Translations under genes and position numbers: made by a program | Source: Ptychomitrium polyphyllum | Lineage: Eukaryota | Length of the DNA stretch: 64,000 nt | Direction: 5' to 3' | Assembly: GCA_973851085.1 (NCBI GenBank) | Contig: OZ316775.1 | Location: 6,386,001-6,450,000 of the forward strand | Shown: positions 36,682-50,010 of the stretch, in pieces | How positions within the stretch are numbered: position 1 is the first letter of the stretch | Layout of the letters: each line of letters opens with the position of its first letter | The notes under the pieces: generated by a model | Told to the model about the DNA's origin: nothing | What the model saw: the letters and a program-made list of their open reading frames with translations, nothing else | The model's database searches: none

Positions 36682-39600
36682 AATTATGAAATCCATCACC
36701 GGCCTAAACACTCGATATATTATAGCTTGCTTTATTAGTCAAGTTTTAACAGATGAATAGGCGCAAAGTCAGCTTCATTATCACTGATCGATACATACTA
36801 CTGTAAATGACATAGAAAATATTTTGAGACCATCATTGAATAAATATTATAGCAGTTTTTTAACTGGCACTAGCGCAGTAGTGAAATCCGGCCAGATGAA
36901 GCAGCTGAAGAATCGGAATGCTCTAAACATTGACAGCTTTCAATCCTGGTGCAGATGAGGCCTGGTTGATGGGTTACTGAGAAAGCAGATGAAACTTGAT
37001 GAGGGTCGATTGTAAGTACCTATACGCAACATCTCATAAATTTCCCCTCGTCACCTTTATACGGCGTATTACACAAATTATGAAGGTGACATGGGGTTTT
37101 CCTGAGATGTGTGTATTCAATAATGGATCAACAAGAAAAATGAATGGAACCCAAAACTCCGTGATAATGGAAGATGCAGAAGCTCAAACAGGCTGGGAGA
37201 ACTTGTTCTGTCCACTCTTCATACGATATTCAGATGGTACGCAGATGATACTCGTGTGAAACCCTGGCAATACTCTGGCGGTATTCACATGAAGTGGACA
37301 AGGTCATAACGTTGAAAGCGTGACTTGGCTCGTTAAGGCAGTGGCAAATGATGATAGACCATCTAAAAGGAGCTGCGTTAGCAATATTTTCTGCACCTGC
37401 TAGCGCAGATGTAACTGAAAAAGCTATCGGATTATAACCCCACAACTTTTGTTTTGGCTGCCGAATACATAACCGAGAGCTATCTCGACATGTAACATTT
37501 ATTGTGCGTTCGTTGGATTCAAAGCACGTTACAGTATGGTACTCTTCCATGAACTCTCTGTAGAATGTGGGCGCTTGTTGGATGAAACTTCATCTTTCGC
37601 ATTTGCATAGGAAGTTTCTTGTTCTGGACCCAGGACGATTATATCCAAAGCGTTTACCCGAACGGTACACTGCAATTGCAACATGGCGATGGCGAGAAAG
37701 GCTGGAGGGATGGCAGCATTGGTCTGGTTGCATTACCTGAAAGCTTGAGCTTGATTGTGGAGCCGGTGGAGACCTAGTGGAGCAGCATTAATCCGCATGC
37801 CGATCCAAATGCTTTCTGCAGCCGGTATGAGTAGTGCGGGTATGGAGGTGGTTGGTATACCCCGAGTTGCCAAGCTGGGCCATGCAGTCCCGGTAAAAAA
37901 ACTAGATTCGAATGTACCACCATAAAATGCAACTACTGGTTGTGCTGATTGTCAGAGTTCATTGAGTTGCATGGTGTAATAGAGGATCATATTCTAAGGA
38001 TCACTTATCCTTTCCTCAGGCCTGTAATAGTTCAGTAACTTGGGACCAATACTCTGTAAGTCTAGCTGCTATTAGTTACCAAGTCGGTATGTACTTTTGG
38101 AACGAGGACTTGCGATTGAAAATGTTGTTGATTGGCTAGCTAGGCTGTTAAGCTGGTCACAACGTCCTGGAAACTTGTTATTATTGTTATAGAAGGATAA
38201 AAGGACCTGAAGAGACACCCGTTACTAAGTACGTAGCCGATTGATACATATTACATGTACATGTGCAACTAATCACGCCAGACGTGTATACTATTGAGCT
38301 GGGTGGTTGTTGTGAAACATTGTCGGCTTTGCAGAAAACTGCAGATGATCAGTGCCGATAGTGGGAGCTACTACTGAGAGTTTGAAGAAGCCTTGTGTAA
38401 ATCTCGCTCGTCCAAGTGATGGTGTCTACAGTTGCTCATGTAGAACTCTGCATATTAGTATACTACCTGTAAGTGCTCTTCAGTGTGGATGTTTTCATTT
38501 TAGAAGACTGCCAGAGATAGTGGATTATCTTGTAGCCGTAGCATTAGGCTCCAGCGCGGATGCATGTTGCAGGTGTCATAACAGAGTCTGGTGGTACAGC
38601 CCATGACAGTCCCCTTCTGCAAACATTTCACAAATTTTCAAAGAAATTGGTAGATAGAAATTGAGGTTCTAAAACCAATGCAGTTGAAAGCTTGTTTTTC
38701 TTGTAGACTTTGAATTAGTTATGAAATTATGAAGGGAGGCACCAATGTCCATGTCCACCCCATATTTTTCTTTCCCATCACCACTCCGTGATCCCTTTTG
38801 CATCCAATCTCAATCCATTACCACCACTTACTGAATCTACCACCAATAAATGAATTTGATAACTAATGGTATAACGCACATGATAGCTTGTAGTCTTTTA
38901 GCACCTGCTGGTGACAGGTCCCCACTGGTAATGGGATGTTCTGTCGCAACATGTTTTCAAATCACAATGAACCCATACAGCCTAATATAGAAACAACGCA
39001 TGCACATAAAGAAAATAATAAATCAGAAATGAAAGGATAAAGATGGCCAGTAGACACCCTTCTGAACTGGAGCTGCACGCCGGGTGTCACACATGATTGA
39101 GGCCAATGGACCACTCCGATTCAGCACAAAAGAGGTGGTCCCAAACCAGGCAGCCCTTGTAATGCCACATCCTGACCCCAAGGAAACGGTGCATGTGGGG
39201 CCCCATACAATGATGGACTTATCCACCGGAACAGTCCTGCAGAACTCGAGCTCCTTGCAAAGAAAAGAAAAGAAAAGCATGTTTCTCTACACCGAACACC
39301 AGCATGCTCACTAAACCCGAAACCACGAGCCGATGCTCTTACCACAAGAGGCTCCTTTTTTGCAGGCACCACCAGAGCTCTGATTGCATGTCACAATTAA
39401 TTACACAGGGCACCGAAGCCTGTTGCATCAGGAATGGAATGGGATGAAATGTTCGAGAGAACGAACAGGAAGCGATGTTGCGTCCACGAAGTGAATCTTG
39501 TCGCTGACCCCTGTTTTTGCGAAGGGGAAGCTAGGCACGTCAGCATCCGTGGTCGTCGGGAGCAACCGCGAGGAAACAGCAGTTGCTGACGTCGGTTGTG

Positions 39601-39936
39601 CGATCCAGCCACCGTTCTGAACGTCAAGTTTGTCGAGAATCACAAGCAAGCCAACAAGCTTTTTTACTTTCATTCCTACATCCTGTTGGATTGAATACAA
39701 TCGTTTGTACTAACTTCGTATATGGGGACGTGACATAAGTTCCTCTGAAATATTTTCTCTCTCTCGCGCCCTCTCTTCCTCTCTCTCTCTTTCACATCAA
39801 CTGTAGGCTGTTTTTCTAGCAAGTGTGTGTCAAGAGTACGTTACCCAGCCTTGGGAGCGTTTTCCAGGTCGAGCGTTCTGATCGTGTTCTGCAAGACGAG
39901 AGTTTTCGGTGCGGAGAGTTCAGCAGGAGGCCAGCT

Positions 39937-42900
39937 ATGGACAAGATGGGGATGCGAAAGCAGGTGCTGCTTGACCACTTGAGGCCCGAAGCTGGGCGCA
40001 GAACCTCTGCTGACGTTGTGGTGAGCTTCCGCAACGCACACCTCTTTAGTTTCTGAGCCTCTGATCGGGAGTGATCTTGTAGGATTTTGTGTCTTGGGAC
40101 TTCTTTCCAATTTGTTTTTGATGGTAAGTGTTGAGTGAGTGAGTGATCGCTTCTTCATCGTCGTTCTTTTTCTTTCTGTGAGAGTGAAAACTTTTCGCAA
40201 TCATTTGTTGTGTTCGTGCGTAATTAGTATGAGGAGAGGAGGTCTTGGTCCGATATTAGTTTCTGGGGCTTGCACGTGCTTTGGGGGAGTCCCTGTAGCT
40301 GAAGTTAAATTTCTTATGTTGCCGCTTCGTATTAGGTTGGCTGATCGGAGTTCACGCTCCAGGTTCAATTTGAGAGAGATGATGATGTGGTTCAATTATA
40401 CGTTTGCATGATGTGGAAGAATTCTCCATGGCCTACGTTTTCTGGCGAGCAGTTGGTGTCCTGGTTTTTAGTACTCGACACATCCTTTTGTAAAGCTCAA
40501 CTATACCACGATGATCATCTCTTTAATTGCTGTAAAACAATTCGCAAACTCACCCTGAGTTTTAGTGTCTCATGCTCTTTTGAAGAGTTATCCGTAAAGT
40601 GTGAAACTCGGGGTCACTATGAGATTTGAAGCCCTACGGAATCTCGTAACATGGGGCTACATAAGCTGGGTCTGCTTTTCCGAAACTCTATTTCTCTTTC
40701 TTACTTCCGTGAAAGCAGATGGATCCCTCCTCCGTGGCTCTGCCTCTAGCACTGCTAGTATATTTAACGATAGATATATGACGAGGAAAGTGGCGATTAG
40801 GAAATGTTTGATGAGATGGATAGGGAAGCTGCCATGATTATTCGGTGTGCCGAATTTGCGATTGCTAACATTGGGGGATCTTTTTGCAGTCGTCGATGTG
40901 CTCTTCCAACGATAGTGCACCTTATGCACGGACCACCGACTTCCTCGATGATGTCGTGATTGTGGCGTAAGGCTTCTCTACCCCACAATTTTGAGGGTTT
41001 AGTCTCTACTTCGTTTGGAACTATTAACTTTGACATGGTATCGATGAGGTGACAAATTGCGCGGATCAAGCGGAGACGGAGGGTAGCGTTCAATTTCGGT
41101 GTATCCTGAGTTCTTTGAGTTCAACTCGAGAGTACGAAGAATGTAGGACTAATGTCTGATTTTATGTTTCAGTGCTTATCGTACACCGATCTGCAGAGCG
41201 AAAAGGGGAGGTTTCAAGGACACCTATCCAGATGACCTCTTGGCACCGGTACTTAGGGTGAGAAATGCTACAATCGTTTATCTTTTGTGGACCATTTATG
41301 ATGCTGTTGTGATCTTAAGCTCTTCACCTGTTTGATGGGCCTGTGCCTCCTACTCTCGGCCAGCAAGTTGTTCCTTTATGTGTATTGCTGCCCATGACGT
41401 AACTTCTACCTACTGTGGTCTCTGTTTAGATGTAGCGCAATTATCTTTGGCAATGTGTATGCTTGTGGAATCTTGATATCATAGGGTAGGTTTTACATTG
41501 AAGAGGATGTGAATCCTGAACATGAGTTTTCAGGTACGTCTGCGAAAGTGGACTCGAAGAATATTTCGGTGTTCTAAAGGGGTTTTTGGGTGCAGGCTGT
41601 TGTGGAGAGCACAGGCGTGAGCCCTGCTGAGGTGGGCGACATTGTGATTGGCAGTGTCCTTGCTCCCGGTGCACAGCGTGCTAATGAGTGCCGCATGGCT
41701 GCATTTTTCGCTGGATTTCCAGGTGAGCTTCTGACTTCAACAACGTATGGGTGAATTCTATAGTTTGTGTATAGTAATTATCCGAGTGTTACGTTTTACA
41801 TTGAACTACTTGTCTTGTAGCTAATCAATCGGGATCTATTTTTTTGATGTCTGTCCTCAGCTGACTGAAAATGTTGCGAATTTAGTTTCTGATTAGTTTC
41901 TATCATGTGGTGGCAACAGAGACTGTGCCTGTGAGAACTGTGAACAGGCAATGCTCATCTGGGCTGCAAGCTATTGCGGATGTAGTGGCAGCAATTAAAG
42001 CTGGTTTCTATGATGTTGGTAAGTTATACACTACTTTCCATGTAATTCTTATTGGGGCAAATTGTCTTTATCATACAAGATAACTCTTGGCTGAAAGCAT
42101 TGCCTCTTTTGCACGGATTCGGTGTTTTCACAGATTTGCTATTTGCGCAGGATGATGATCCTTTTGTGTTAGCTTTCAATTATTTTGTTTATAAATTGGT
42201 CGACTTGGCAGGTATTGGAGGAGGATTGGAGTCTATGTCTGTCAATCCTATGGCTTGGGAAGGCTCCGTTAACCCAAGGGTATCATCTCTAGCCTCTTCC
42301 TCATCCGTGCTCTAATTTTATATAATCTAAAGTCTGTAGAAACCATTTATTGTGTATCTGTTTTTCCTCCGCCATTTTCTTTGTTCCTGGGTTGTGCCTA
42401 TTATCCTATTAACCTAACATTCATATCTTTATATATTGTGTGTAACTCTCTTCATTTATCTTAGACTATAGTGATCATCGTTCTGAGTTTCGTCATAACT
42501 GACACTTTTCTAAATGTTTGGTTACGTTAGGTGCAAGCTGATCAAAGAGCTAGGGATTGCCTACTTCCCATGGGTATCACTTCAGAGAATGTCGCAGAGC
42601 GCTACGGCGTTGGTCGTAAACAACAAGATGCTGCAGCAGTATGTTAATCTGCTTCATGCTCTTACTAGTTTTTAGTTTTCACATGCTTTTGTTGCAAGAC
42701 AGGCCTTTAAATTTTTAATGCTGGAGCTCGAGTTGATGTGGTCAAATTTGTTGTTCTGCAGGTTAAATCGCATCAGAAGGCAGCAGCTGCTAGGGCCTCT
42801 GGCAGATTCAAAGATGAGATTATTCCTGTGCACACCAAGGTATTTTATGGCATTTCATTTCGCAATTACAATCTTCTGGTCTCTATAGAGAGTGTTCACT

Positions 42901-44757
42901 TGCTGGGTTTTGTGTCATCCATCTTTTACAGTCGGATTTCACTGAGCTCAGTTGAGCTTACTCTGCTGTCTCTCTGGGTTTAGATGAGTTTTCAGTGTAT
43001 GTGAAGTCAGTGAAGCTACATGCATGACATAGTGGATGGTAATATCTGGATGACAGCTGGTGGATCCAAAAACCGGAGAGGTGAAGAAAGTTACTATCTC
43101 TGAGGATGATGGTATTCGCCCTGGGGCATCCATGGCTGATTTGGCTAAGTTGAAGGCAGTCTTCAAGAAATCTGGCTCAACTACTGCAGGTATGTTTACA
43201 CAATAAGTTTAGTATTAGGGTACTTGAATGTTGTAGGAGATTGGTAGCTAATTAACTTGCACCTTTTTTGTAAGTTGTTTCGTGTTGTCAAAGGAGGTTT
43301 GTAGATAATTGTTTTAGCGCTGCATGGACCATATCTATGAAGATAATTTCGATCTAATTATATTTTTGCTCGTGAGGATTATAGCCATACTTTAGTAGAG
43401 TCGTGTTTCTAAATTAGTCACTGTTTGACATAAAGCTTGGGGCAAGTAGCAATGTTAGTGTTGATGAAGCTAATCTTAATTGGATGTGTTTCAGGAAACT
43501 CTTCGCAAGTGAGTGATGGAGCAGGGGCTGTGCTGCTCATGAAACGTCGTACTGCCTTGGCAAAAAACTTGCCCATTCTTGGTGTATTTAGGTCTGTTTT
43601 TCGATGCATTTGATCATGGTTGGACATTGATGTTTATTTTAAAGTGATGTTTGGTCAAAAGGGATGGAGCTTCAGGATAGAGAACTTCTCTTATCAAACA
43701 GCTTTGATGCTTGATTGTGGTAGCACATGTTTTGCTAGAACAGCTGTACATTTCGTTGATTCTGTTAGTTGTACTGATTCAAATTTCATCTACTTAACCT
43801 CAATTACTTATTGATGATATTGAAAGTTTGCGCTTAATAGTAGGTGATGTACTCATGAATATTAGGTGGCTTTGGATGTGCAGGAGTTTCGTTGCTGTAG
43901 GTGTCGATCCAGCTGTTATGGGCATCGGTCCTGCTGTTGCCATTCCCGCTGCTGTCAAGGCAGCTGGACTTGAGATCAGCGATATCGATCTTTTTGAAAT
44001 TAATGAGGTATAGTTCGTACCATTTACTTCAGCAAAAGTGCGTTTATGGATTGCGACAGCTAGTGTTTATTATGGTTCAACTGAGTTTGCTTCTTTCACT
44101 TATGGTATTGCTTCGGCTTTGCTTTTTTTGAGTCCCTTCGTAACAGCATTTTAAGTGCTTTATTTCTAGTCGTAAATTACATAGAAATATCTTGACTTAA
44201 CGGATTATTCTTTGTGCAGGCTTTCGCATCACAGTTCACATACTGTGCCCAGAAGCTCGGACTAGATGAAGAGAAGATCAACGTGAATGGAGGTGCTATG
44301 GCTCTTGGTCATCCACTTGGTGCCACGGGTGAGCATTAGTTACATAATGAACTTCTGGGCTCAGTTGATGCTAGTTCCTTGGTTGAACTGATTTTCTCAC
44401 ATTTTCCTGAATATCTCTTAAATCTATGTAGGTGCTCGGTGCACGGCCACACTTCTGCACGAGATGAAGAAGCGAGGAAAGGACTGCCGCGTCGGTGTGG
44501 TGACTATGTGTATTGGTATTGCATACTCCTTCAAAACTCCAAATCTTGAGTTCTTTTTTCGAGTTGTGCCAATGTAAGTTTTTAGTATCTGGATTTTATC
44601 GTGTGGGTATCTCGCTGACTAGGCTGTGGATCTGTTTAATTGCTCAGGATCTGGTATGGGAGCTGCTGCAGTGTTCGAACAAGGGGGTGCTGTTGATCAG
44701 CTGAGCAACGCACGGGCTGTCAGCCAAAACAACTTGCTGTCAAGAGATGCCAAGTAG
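39937..44757 (+). CDS. KAT2: Peroxisomal 3-ketoacyl-CoA thiolase (KAT2/PED1-like), 14 exons: 39937-40020, 40890-40966, 41173-41257, 41596-41722, 41920-42018, 42212-42279, 42531-42638, 42762-42839, 43057-43189, 43495-43591, 43884-44007, 44220-44328, 44432-44515, 44648-44757
   Basis: [30 protein letters not shown] (active Cys), [63 protein letters not shown]2-like N-terminus. Junctions are in phase. Confidence 0.96.
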
Positions 44758-46146
44758 ACAGCTCCTCTAGCTCATTAGTACAGCTTGCAGACAAGCTCGC
44801 CTAGATAGATGCTAGATCATTGTATAGATTCCTGATGATAGGTGTTACTGCTCGATATTTACATATATGTTACTCATTTCGTTGCAAAAGAAATACACCA
44901 AGATCACATCGTACCACATAGAAATATGTGTATTGATCTTATTACATAACGAGACTGGAAAGGTTGGTGCTCAATTTTGTTTTCAGAGCGCCTGCTACCT
45001 TGCCTGAACAATCTCCATTACTGGGCGTGTCCTTTCTGTACAAGGGTTGAATTCTTGTGATGGACTCCTTTCTTTCATTCCTTGTCCTTGAATACCTGGA
45101 TTTAACAAGTGGCGGAGTTTTGTATCAGAAGTGTTGGTTCAGCATACATGTGATTATCGAGGAGTTCCAACCTGAACAGTTTTGCATATGGCGAGCATAT
45201 GGACTGTACTTTTCTCCACTTCTGAAGGAATTTGCATAACACTGTAACTTGTTGCTTACTCTGATGATGTGCATTAATAAGCTATCATTGCGGCGTTTTA
45301 GAGGTCTAGTTCAAATTGGGCACTAAGCACAGGTGTTACTGTAAATTAGCAAACAATTTTGCAGTTAGTTCGACACCCTAACCCTAAATCTGAGGGTGCA
45401 GAGTGCTCCAAGACAATGCCAGTACCTACAATTGCGATTCGCGAGGAATGGCTGGACACAGTGCCGTTGTTGACGAAGAATCTCTATTAATACTTTGTCA
45501 GATTGTAGCCCGAACGCCAAGCTTCTGATACTTATAAAAAAATTGCTGGCTAGCATGCCACAGTAACAGCTTATAATATAGAGCACCGAGCTTCTTTTCA
45601 GGAGCGCATAGTACGTAATGATGACGAGTCCCACTCTTTTCGAGCTCCGAGGGCGTCTGGATGTGTCCTCCGACATGCCCGCTGTCCTTCACACCTTAAA
45701 AATACAGGGAACCTGGATGCAACGTATAAGACATAATCCAAACGCCGTTTGTGTTCTATCGTATCTAGATTTGCGCATTGCCAGCATCCTAAAAAAGGCT
45801 ACATGTCCACAAAAAGTCTTGAACAAGACGACAAAAAGACTAAACCATAAAACAACCAACTAGTTGAAGATGAAGCAAACTGATTGTGTGGAACTGCACT
45901 CCGGTGTCCCTGATGAAAAGAAAATGAAGAGAAGGAACGCTCGAAGGGTGCTTTTATCTCTGCACTCTATATTGTATAAATTGTCAACCGACATATAATC
46001 GAACACAACTGGAAGAGGAAGTTTTGATCTCCTAAGTGGTTCGGAAGAATTAAAATGATGAGTCAGAATGAATTATGAACAATCTAATGATCTACTGCCA
46101 AGCACGAGTTTGATTTCAAGAGAAAAAGCATCAGTGCATCGACCAA

Positions 46147-48151
46147 TTAACGATGTGGAACCTTGGGGAGCAGCTGCTTCTTCACATCCAACGGTCTTTT
46201 GTAACAATCGTAGCTCACAGTCCTGAAGAATTCCTCAACAACCTCAAGGTAAAACGGCGACCTCAGCCGCATGTACCCATCCAAAAACTCCTCGATGTCA
46301 CCTATCTCGTTACTCTCACTTCGGTCCAGCATCAGCTGCGCAATGTCATCTTGAAAGGCTGTAGTCGCTTCCTGCTGCAAAATGAGACCTTTCGATACCC
46401 TAGCATTGCCAGGAACCCTACCATTGCAAATCCCCGACTTGACCTGATTGAACCCAGATAGCAAGCCTGCAATTTCTAGAGTCGAATTCTCCTTGAAAGA
46501 TTCTTTCTTGCACACTGTCACATTTCGTGCCAATTTTTCATTGCATACTTTCTTGTCAGGACTACGGGTTGACAAACCCCCATGCTGGGAATCATCCCGA
46601 GGGTGAGGGAGAGGTTGCACCTGCATAGCCTGTTTTCGTCTCTTATTAAAACTTCTTGATAGCTTTCTGCTGAGTGTCCTGGGGATGCTTGGAGAAGATT
46701 GCTCTTGACATGGCTTGCGGTAAACGTCACCGTTGTACCAGGGACCATCCCGAACCAACGACGAGGGGCTGGTGATTTTCATGCGGCTTGTGTGAGACTC
46801 TACTCGGCCTCTGTTGTGGCGACGATGGTCTGTCGCCCCTTTTTGCGACGAAATAGCTGGAGATTGTCTGGGTGAACGCATACCTGAGCTTGGAGAATTA
46901 CTGGATCCATCTGCCATAAGGAAAACCAATTTAAAAAAGAAGTCAGTTGGTTACATCGCTCCATGACTGTGCAGAAGCTCAAGCCCCAAACCTGGAGATT
47001 CAATCGATGGACATTCAGTGATTACCTAAGCTCCAGGAAGAAGACTTTGAATTTGGGATCGCTTCTTCCTTAGCATATCTTCCATTTCTTCCTTTCGTTA
47101 TGGTCCCATCGAGGTCAAGCTCCCCTCCAAAATCGAAGGAGCCAAAAAGCTCACGGCTTGTCCACCTCTGTCTCGAATTTGAGAAGCTTGTTTTTCTCGA
47201 GGTGAGCCTGGATCTGCGACCAGTGAGTTCATTCTCCGGGCTCGATAGAACAGTTTCCGGAATCGACTCCTCTGAAACGATCTCTGAGATTACAGAACTA
47301 GGGCTGTTTGCACGAGTATGGTCTGTGTAGCGACCAGAAGGTGAAGTCCTTGTCTTTCTGGACATCACAGGACCAGAAGACCATGACAAGGAATCCAGTT
47401 TCAAACTCGAACTCTGATTCTCAACTGTCAAATTCCCTGCAACGGACTTGACAGAAGATGTATTTGATCTATCACAATCATGCACTCTGATCCGTTCTTG
47501 TAACTGATCCCTCTCTATCTTTTCAGCAACCAAAATCACCTTCACACCACAGGCACCAAAGCTCGCCTCTTCACGTGAAGATGTCGCCTTGCCTAGAATC
47601 TTGATGTTTCTTCGAGGGACGGTTGAGGTTTTGGAAATCAACGTGAACTGCTTCGCAAGAAACTTCGTCTGCTTGCCATGAATCTCTGAGCATGTTGGAC
47701 GTCGCGACCTAGTGCCACTTAAAGCACTAACCGTAGGCTTGGCCACATCCACAGCAAGAGCCAGCTCATTCTCTTGATTCACAGGACTCGCAACACCGTC
47801 CTTTACTCTAGAGGGTGTTCCAGAATTCTGATCCTCGAGTGAGGATGGAGAGGAAACGGGAACGGACCGGGAGCCCTTGCCACTGGTATTCGTCAGCCCT
47901 GCACGACGGAGGACTCGTTGCAAGCTTCGGGCTCGAGAGTACGCTTCCCGGGTGGAACGAGACTTGGGGAGAGTGACGGGGATTTGTTGCAGCATTTGGT
48001 CGTAGGGCAGCTTCTGGACTTTTACTTCGAGCATCTTCCTCTCCAAGTCTCTCTTCACCACGGCATGGTACTTGGCTCGAATTCGCGCTTCGCCCAGTGG
48101 CCATCCTCTGTCGTCATTGTCCATTTTACCAACTCCTCGATCGCCTGCCAT
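46147..48151 (-). CDS. OVATE family protein (about 630 aa; long Ser/Arg-rich N-terminus, divergent C-terminal OVATE domain). Exons 48151-47026 and 46910-46147
   Basis: A phase-1 GT-AG intron at 47025-46911 joins the two long ORFs in frame (G|AT = Asp). The C-terminus AFQDDIAQLMLDRSESNEIGDIEEFLDGYMRLRSPFYLEVVEEFFRTV fits the OVATE pattern F...M..M........DLEELL..YL.LNS......IV..F. Confidence 0.78.
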
Positions 48152-49746
48152 TGGCAGCTTGGAAATGGCATAACTACCGCCAGGTTACGGCGGCGTCGTC
48201 CATTTGGTCTCGCTCAACGTTGCACCATGTTGAGACACTCAGTACAGTGAAGTAACTGCTCAATGGCCACTCCTAAAAGATATCTCAAACATAAAATTCG
48301 TAGTACAATTACCTGTCATAGTCGTTGTCCACATGAATCAGAAATTGCAACACTGCCGTCTTCCACAAACCTAAATTTAAAACTACACTCAGCAATCCCA
48401 TAGAATGGCCATTGGAATGGGGTTACTCCAAAATTTAGCCTCATAAACTTGAAAGAACTTGACAAATGAAATGGAGCTGTATTAGAGATCCACCGTCAAT
48501 TAGATAAAGAACATACGATACACAACTTGCTTTGAACCCCTCCAATTTCTCTATATCCGCTTCATGCATCATTTAATGGAATCATCTTCAAAACAAACAC
48601 AGGAGATTGAAAACCAGAAGTCCAAGACGGTACTGGAATAGCTACAAACTGGACAAAAAGGCGCAAGAAATCAGGTTAGCCTACAAAAGCAAGATAGCAA
48701 CGATCGCAAAATGAGACACCCTTGAGAAAGTAATAGTTGTCTACGTCTGAACCCGGCCTTGGCTCCGAATCAGTCTCTAAAATAACTAAAAGCGCTCGTC
48801 GAATTGAACTGGTGCAAGTGAACACTACTGTGAACACAACAGTGTGAGGCAGGTAAAAATCTCAGAAAAAACGTATGGCTGCTAAATCCATACTTGTAAC
48901 AGAGGGGTGCAATGTGTTCAAATGCTTGTTATTGTGCGAAACAAGCTGTACTTCCAAGAATAGAAAAAAGGAGATGGCACGATTCTAAAGCACAATTTAA
49001 TAAACCTCCTGCTAGGTCTCTCATTCTGAAGTACTAGATTTCTCCCAAACCTCTCAGAGAACCAATTATTCCTTTTTTCACTACACCCACGCCGACTCAC
49101 GTTTAGCCTCAAGAACCTGCACCCTTGAGCACAACGCAGAGCTCTGAAAGAAAATGCCGCCACAGCGAAGCGGAAAGAGCTCCACGTGGAGCACTCAACA
49201 TTAAGAAACTCTCAAGAAAAAGCAGCCAGGTCTGCCCTGAAACCGGACCGAGTGTGAATTGTAGGAATTCACAAAAATTCCCTCCAGCACGAGATTCCAG
49301 CAGGTCCAACTAATCTTTAGAAGTCATCAGAACCAGGTCCTAGCAACACTCGAAACACTCATAACCAGAAGTCCAAACAGAAGTTCAAACAGAAGTTCAA
49401 ACCGTGAATTCCTCCAGCCGGTTTAACAATAGCACCCCCGCTGATCCGACTGCAACGCGCGTGAGCAGCGTCACTGAAGTCCTCCATCGTGGAACTCGTA
49501 GGCATCCACCATCACAAAAGCGCAACGGTCCTTGCCTTCACACAGTGACCCACTTCAACGTCGTCACTTCGTCTGAACCCCGACAACCATGTGAACATCC
49601 TCAGTGGCCTGCAAGGGCATCCCAGAGCAAGAGAACCGTGCAGTAACGTCGCACAAAAGCTGCTGTTCTTGCAAGGGAGTGATCATGGCATGGTGCAAAG
49701 CCAAATGAGGCCGCAGCAGCTAACGTAGCAGCCAGGCCAGAGGGAG

Positions 49747-49785
49747 AGCACAGCACAGCACAGCACAGCACAGCACAGCGCAGCA
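49747..49785. repeat. (CAGCA)n pentamer microsatellite
   Basis: About 7 units, seen directly, in the probable 5' region of the OVATE gene. Confidence 0.85.
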
Positions 49786-49908
49786 GAGAGCGACTGAGAT
49801 CCTAGTTGTGAGGAAACTCGGAGTGGCAGTTTGAGTTGAGTTTGCGAGACATGACAGAATATTCTCTAGTGCACCACAGACGCACTTACTACAAACGTAC
49901 CCGACGTC

Positions 49909-50010
49909 GCCTTGGCCTTAGCCTTAGCCTTAGCCTTAGCCTTAGCCTTAGCCTTGGCATAGGCATTGGCATTGGCATTGGCATTGGCATTGGCATTGGC
50001 ATTGGCATTG
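49909..50010. repeat. Compound hexamer microsatellite GCCTTG-(GCCTTA)6-GCCTTG-GCATAG-(GCATTG)8
   Basis: 17 in-register 6-bp units counted directly. Confidence 0.95.
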
